Shown one piece after another: positions 60,245 to 64,000 of a DNA stretch of 64,000 nt. The notes beneath the pieces are model-generated. The model did not search any database, was not told the origin of the DNA, and saw only the letters and a list, made by a program, of their open reading frames with translations. Every line of letters begins with the position of its first letter. Position 1 is the first letter of the stretch. Source of the stretch: Burkholderiales bacterium (lineage in GTDB: Bacteria; Pseudomonadota; Gammaproteobacteria; Burkholderiales; Burkholderiaceae_C); the NCBI GenBank assembly GCA_043717565.1, contig JAYSXE010000040.1, forward strand, positions 4,417 through 68,416, written 5' to 3'. The translations under genes and the position numbers were made by a program.

Positions 60245-60319
60245 AACATCCGCAGTCGGCCAATTGCGGTCATAGGTACGAGGAGTACTGAACGACCGCT
60301 TCATGCTAACTCGGTCGTT
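60245..60319. repeat. 75-bp bipartite palindromic element upstream of the ATPase
   Basis: Two 29-nt units 46 nt apart: AACATCCGCAGTCGGCCAATTGCGGTCAT and AACGACCG-N13-CGGTCGTT. Confidence 0.6.
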
Positions 60320-60502
60320 TACCGTTATCACCTAATTGGCCGCTCCAATCAACACCGGACACGGGTAGATCAACGTCTTGCGTGACCTACGAAAGCGATC
60401 GCGGAGAATTGCCTCACGACCCACCCGTGACAATGGCGTGCCTACCTGGCTTGTGCCCTGCAAGGTCGCGGCTTATAGCGCCACTGTGCGAGAGGGAGCT
60501 GC

Positions 60503-63127
60503 ATGGCAAGCATTCATTCGGAGTACGACCGATTCCTGACGCATCTAGCCCAGCATGACATGCACGATGACGTGCGCCGTCTTGCGCATCTGGTGCTCCA
60601 TCACCTGCAACCGCTGGCTGAGGTCGGTGCTGCGCGCCGCGGCAGATCCGCACGGCTCGCGCCGCTGGCCATCGCACACCTTGCGCAGATGCCAGTCGCC
60701 TACGACGCTGACGCCCGCGGCCCGGACATCGGGCCAGCGCTAGGAAGACTGGACCAGCTTGAAGTCGGGCCTTTTCGCGGGTTCATGAGACAGGAGAGAT
60801 TTGACCTCAGCCATGACATTACCTTGGTCTACGGCGCCAACGGCACCGGCAAAAGCAGCTTTTGCGAGGCTCTGGAGGTGGCGATGCTGGGTTCAATCAG
60901 CGAAGCGCAGGCCAAGCGAGTCGACCAGCGGCGGTACTGCGACAACGCTCGTCTGCGCCGACACGTTGCGCCAGCCCTGTCGTCCAAGGCGGGAGACGAA
61001 GCGCGGGCCGTCCAGCCCGACGAAGCCGAGTACCGCTTCTGCTTCATAGAAAAGAACCGCTTGGACGACTTCGCACGCATCGCCGCGCGGACCCCGGGTG
61101 ATCAGCGCCAGCTCATCGCAACTCTGTTCGGTGTGGATCAGTTCAGCGACTTCGTGCGCGGCTTTAACCCCTCGCTCGACCAGGACCTGATGCTTACCGG
61201 CGCCCAGGCGGCGCAGCTAGCGCAGCGCCGCCTGCAATTGGCGACCGCCGAGCAGACCATCGCCGTATACCCGCAAAAAGTTGCAGCGGTAGAAGCGCTG
61301 GAGCAGGCTCTGGCGCAGCGCATGTCGCCCGGCGCGAACTACCAGGCCTGCGTGGAATGGCTGCTCGGTACGCCGCAGCAGGTTGGGCGGCTGCCTTATG
61401 TTCAGGCACAGTTGGACGCAGTCCCACCTGCTATTCATGAGGTGACCCAGGCCCGCTTGGAGGCATTGCTGACGGAGGCCTATCGCCTTCAGGGACACTG
61501 GCAGGCGTCTTCCGCGCAACTCGCGGCGCGCGCCGCCGATGTGTCATACACGAAGCTCTATGAGGCAGTGCTGGCCCTTGCCGATGGTGCGGCCGCGTGT
61601 CCCGCCTGCGGCACCGGACTGGCCGCGGTCGCTCAGGATCCCTTCGTCCGGGCGCGCACCGGCTTGGAGCAACTCGCGCAACTGGCTGCCCTCCAGCGGC
61701 AGGAGGCCGGGCTGCGGACGCAGTTGGGCGAGGCGGTACGACTTCTGTGGGACGAGATGCGTCGCGTGGTGGTAGCGGCTACTGGCGCCTGCGCTGCAGA
61801 GTTGCAGGCCGCTAACCTGCCACTGTTGCCTCCGAACCCTGCGGGCGACTGGCTCGGCCAGTGGCTCAACGGGGACCGGCGGCCCTGGCAAGCCCTGTTG
61901 GAGATCGCCGGGGTCATCGAAGCCTTTGACACGCAGGCTCGAAACGTGCACACGCAGCGCGGCGGGTTGGCGCAGGAGCGAGACCGGCTTCAGCAACACC
62001 ATTTGGAGATCGAGCGGCTGCGGACCGTGCGAACAGCGGCCCACCAGGATCTGGCTGCCGCGCGTCAGATGGTGGCCCAGCTTGACGAGGCGAACCGCGA
62101 CCTGATCCTAGCTGTCGCGGCCGAGGTGCCGCTCATTGCACACCATCAGCGGATCAAGGCGGCATACGACGGCTTCTTGCCCGAGATTCAGGCCTACCTC
62201 GCGGCTCTGCCGGGCTCACTACTGCAGGGACTGGGAGAGCAGGCCCGCCGGCTGTACAACTCATTTAACCGAGCCGATCCGCCCGGCGATCTACTGCACG
62301 CTCTGTGGTTGCCAGTGGCGGAGAACGGCAAGATCGAGGTGGAGTTCGCTGGGGAGCCCGGCGTGCGCTACGACGCATTGATCGTCTTCAGCGAGGGTCA
62401 CATCAAATGCCTGGGCCTGGCGATTCTGCTCGCCAAGAACATTGCGCAAGGCTGTTCCGTGGTGATCTTCGATGACGTCGTCAACGCGATCGATGATGAC
62501 CACCGCGACGGCATCTGGCGCACCTTCTTCGAGGACGGGCTTCTCGACGGCAAGCAGGTCATCCTCACCTCGCACGCGGAAGAGTTCTTGCACCGCATCC
62601 AGCAGGAGTTGGGCGCCCGGCGCGCCGCGACCATCAGGCGCTACAAGTTCCTTCCACATCAAGGAGAGCACGAACTGCGCGTCGACACCGACCCGCCGAC
62701 GAAGAACTATGTGCTGCTGGCTCAGCAAGCGCTGGCGGCCGATGAGAAGCGCGAGGCCTTGCGCCAGGCTCGTCCGGCAGTTGAGAGCCTTACGGACCGT
62801 TTGTGGACCTGGTTAGCGCGGCGTGGGGACGGTCGGATCGACATCAAGCTGGGCGGACCTCGCACTCCGTGGGAGCTGAACAACAAGTGCAGCAAATTGC
62901 GATCGGCAGTCGACCGGATCGCGGCACAACACGCGGGTGCTCCTCAGGCGATCTCCGCGCTCACGGCTCTTCTCAATGTGAACGGTGCCAGCATCGAGTG
63001 GGGCTACCTAAACAGCGGCGTGCACGATGCACAACGCGATCACGAATTTGACCGCGCAACCGTCAGGGTTGTCGTGGAATCGATCGTGGCGTTGGACGCT
63101 GCACTTGATGTCCTACAGAGACGCTGA
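60503..63127 (+). CDS. Rad50/SMC-like ABC ATPase with zinc hook and HEPN-like C-terminus (RloC-like architecture); candidate defence protein
   Basis: GPFRGF; Walker A GANGTGKSS; coiled coil with CPACG; signature FSEGH; Walker B VIFDD and D-loop NAIDD; H-switch LTSH; C-terminal ARPAVESL...YLNSGVH. Confidence 0.8.
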   Translation: MASIHSEYDRFLTHLAQHDMHDDVRRLAHLVLHHLQPLAEVGAARRGRSARLAPLAIAHLAQMPVAYDADARGPDIGPALGRLDQLEVGPFRGFMRQERFDLSHDITLVYGANGTGKSSFCEALEVAMLGSISEAQAKRVDQRRYCDNARLRRHVAPALSSKAGDEARAVQPDEAEYRFCFIEKNRLDDFARIAARTPGDQRQLIATLFGVDQFSDFVRGFNPSLDQDLMLTGAQAAQLAQRRLQLATAEQTIAVYPQKVAAVEALEQALAQRMSPGANYQACVEWLLGTPQQVGRLPYVQAQLDAVPPAIHEVTQARLEALLTEAYRLQGHWQASSAQLAARAADVSYTKLYEAVLALADGAAACPACGTGLAAVAQDPFVRARTGLEQLAQLAALQRQEAGLRTQLGEAVRLLWDEMRRVVVAATGACAAELQAANLPLLPPNPAGDWLGQWLNGDRRPWQALLEIAGVIEAFDTQARNVHTQRGGLAQERDRLQQHHLEIERLRTVRTAAHQDLAAARQMVAQLDEANRDLILAVAAEVPLIAHHQRIKAAYDGFLPEIQAYLAALPGSLLQGLGEQARRLYNSFNRADPPGDLLHALWLPVAENGKIEVEFAGEPGVRYDALIVFSEGHIKCLGLAILLAKNIAQGCSVVIFDDVVNAIDDDHRDGIWRTFFEDGLLDGKQVILTSHAEEFLHRIQQELGARRAATIRRYKFLPHQGEHELRVDTDPPTKNYVLLAQQALAADEKREALRQARPAVESLTDRLWTWLARRGDGRIDIKLGGPRTPWELNNKCSKLRSAVDRIAAQHAGAPQAISALTALLNVNGASIEWGYLNSGVHDAQRDHEFDRATVRVVVESIVALDAALDVLQRR

Positions 63128-63197
63128 ACCGACACAGATGGACGGTTGAGGACCGACCAATCCAGGCTGCGAGCGATCAGCCGGCGTCTTGCCGGCG

Positions 63198-63542
63198 AAA
63201 GACCGCTCCCGTTGCTAAGCCGTCGCGGCCGGCATTCGACCGAAGGACAGCAACGGGTCGGGAGTGACCCGTCGAGCCGAGGATGAGCTGTCGTTCGACC
63301 TGGGCACGACGAAGTTTGAGGTGGGTTGAAGGGTCTGTGCCCCCGGACGACACCGCGTCGGCGGCAATGTCAGCAGTACACCTTAAAGCGGCCGGAGGTG
63401 GCGCCACCCGGTGCGAGCCCGAACGACTGCAAGTTGCCCGAGAACGTGAGTTCGAGGGCCGGCGGCGACTGACAGCAACCGTTGCACTGCGGTCGCTGGA
63501 GATGCTAAACCGGCCGGCAGCAATGGGTCGGTAGCGCCCCGT
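63198..63542. repeat. Array of palindromic units downstream of the ATPase, including two homologous 75-bp elements
   Basis: 63198-63272 and 63468-63542 align without gaps (49/75 identical by hand count), sharing CCGTTGC, GTCGC, ACCG, CAGCAAYGGGTCGG and CCCGT; further unit starts at 63366 and 63422. Confidence 0.75.
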
Positions 63543-63755
63543 GGCCAGTGTGGTTGGGTTGCCACGAAGCTGTCGTCGCCGAGCAGCAACCCAGCAGGCT
63601 GAGCAGGTATCCCAAGCTTGCATCGCTGGCAACCCAGCACACAAGGTCCAGGCAGCGCTGTTCAGGCCTTTATCGGTCTGATGGCCATGCCGGCCGCAGC
63701 AACCAACGCCCGCATGCCGCAGACCTTTGGCGTCAGTTGCAACGGATCAGGCGCC

Positions 63756-64000
63756 CTACAACCCCTTGGCCGCCCGCCATGCCGCAAACTCCACCCGGCT
63801 GCTTTCGTCCGTCGGCGGGTACAGCCCCAGGATGCTGCGCCCCTGCATCACTTTTTCGGAGACGAAGTCTTCGAAGGCCGTCATCTCCACCGCCTCGGCC
63901 GCTACATCGTCAACGATGTTTGCAGGAATGATGATCACGCCTTCCGCATCGCCCACCACCACGTCACCCGGCCACACGGCCACGTCGCCGCAGCCGATGG
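63756..64000 (-). CDS. RraA/HMG aldolase family protein, C-terminal part (starts beyond the window)
   Basis: PIGCGDVAVWPGDVVVGDAEGVIIIP...EMTAFEDFV...ILGLYPPT. Confidence 0.85.
   Translation of the reverse strand, partial: IGCGDVAVWPGDVVVGDAEGVIIIPANIVDDVAAEAVEMTAFEDFVSEKVMQGRSILGLYPPTDESSRVEFAAWRAAKGL

Larger units (their letters stand above)
59962..63757. mobile_element. Putative horizontally acquired ~3.8-kb insert carrying a single ATPase gene
   Basis: Visibly more A/T-ending codons and AT-richer, long non-coding flanks than the neighbours; TCAGGCGCCCT at 59962 and 63747; internal palindromic repeat family; no integrase or transposase in the window. Confidence 0.55.

Noticed and set aside
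59916-60331. Short ORFs (80-115 aa) left of the ATPase, and similar ORFs at 63177-63931
   Set aside because: No motifs, overlapping on both strands, and several cross the palindromic elements; probably non-coding or unrecognisable relics
60503-63127. Calling the ATPase sbcC, recN or smc
   Set aside because: No SbcD or Scp partners, extra C-terminal domain after the ATPase head, and accessory-type context
63198-63542. Repeats as a CRISPR array or integron attC sites
   Set aside because: Units are too degenerate and irregular for CRISPR, no cas genes are present, and no RYYYAAC/GTTRRRY ends or intI gene were seen; kept as an unclassified repeat family

Overview
High-GC betaproteobacterial chromosome segment, probably Burkholderiales (inferred from the Bug/TctC receptors and PEP-CTERM-type proteins). 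It is densely coding; I found no rRNA, tRNA, CRISPR array, integrase or transposase. Main blocks, left to right: (1) a core methionine synthase, Dcp, and a yaeQ-prolyl oligopeptidase-aat-bpt-NUDIX-TIGR03790 operon; (2) gene remnants (GntR, PEP-CTERM tail), a probable membrane pseudokinase and sbtAB; (3) a pyrimidine-utilisation region with URC1-like cyclohydrolase, URC4/DUF1688, upp, a deleted Rieske oxygenase, cytosine deaminase and a BMP-type nucleoside ABC transporter split by dgoKA and lysR/lysA; (4) a PEP-CTERM phytase-like protein behind a Pho box, and acyl-CoA genes; (5) a complete Lap-type c-di-GMP-controlled adhesion locus, with an unusual TolC-NTF2-like fusion and a 3080-aa adhesin carrying 15 Calx-beta-like repeats and two vWA modules; (6) a ~3.8-kb foreign-looking insert with one RloC-like ABC ATPase/zinc-hook/HEPN-like gene, flanked by previously unannotated ~75-bp bipartite palindromic repeats. 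Block 6 is the best candidate for an undescribed mobile defence cassette system. All family assignments come from motif recognition by eye; no searches were run.
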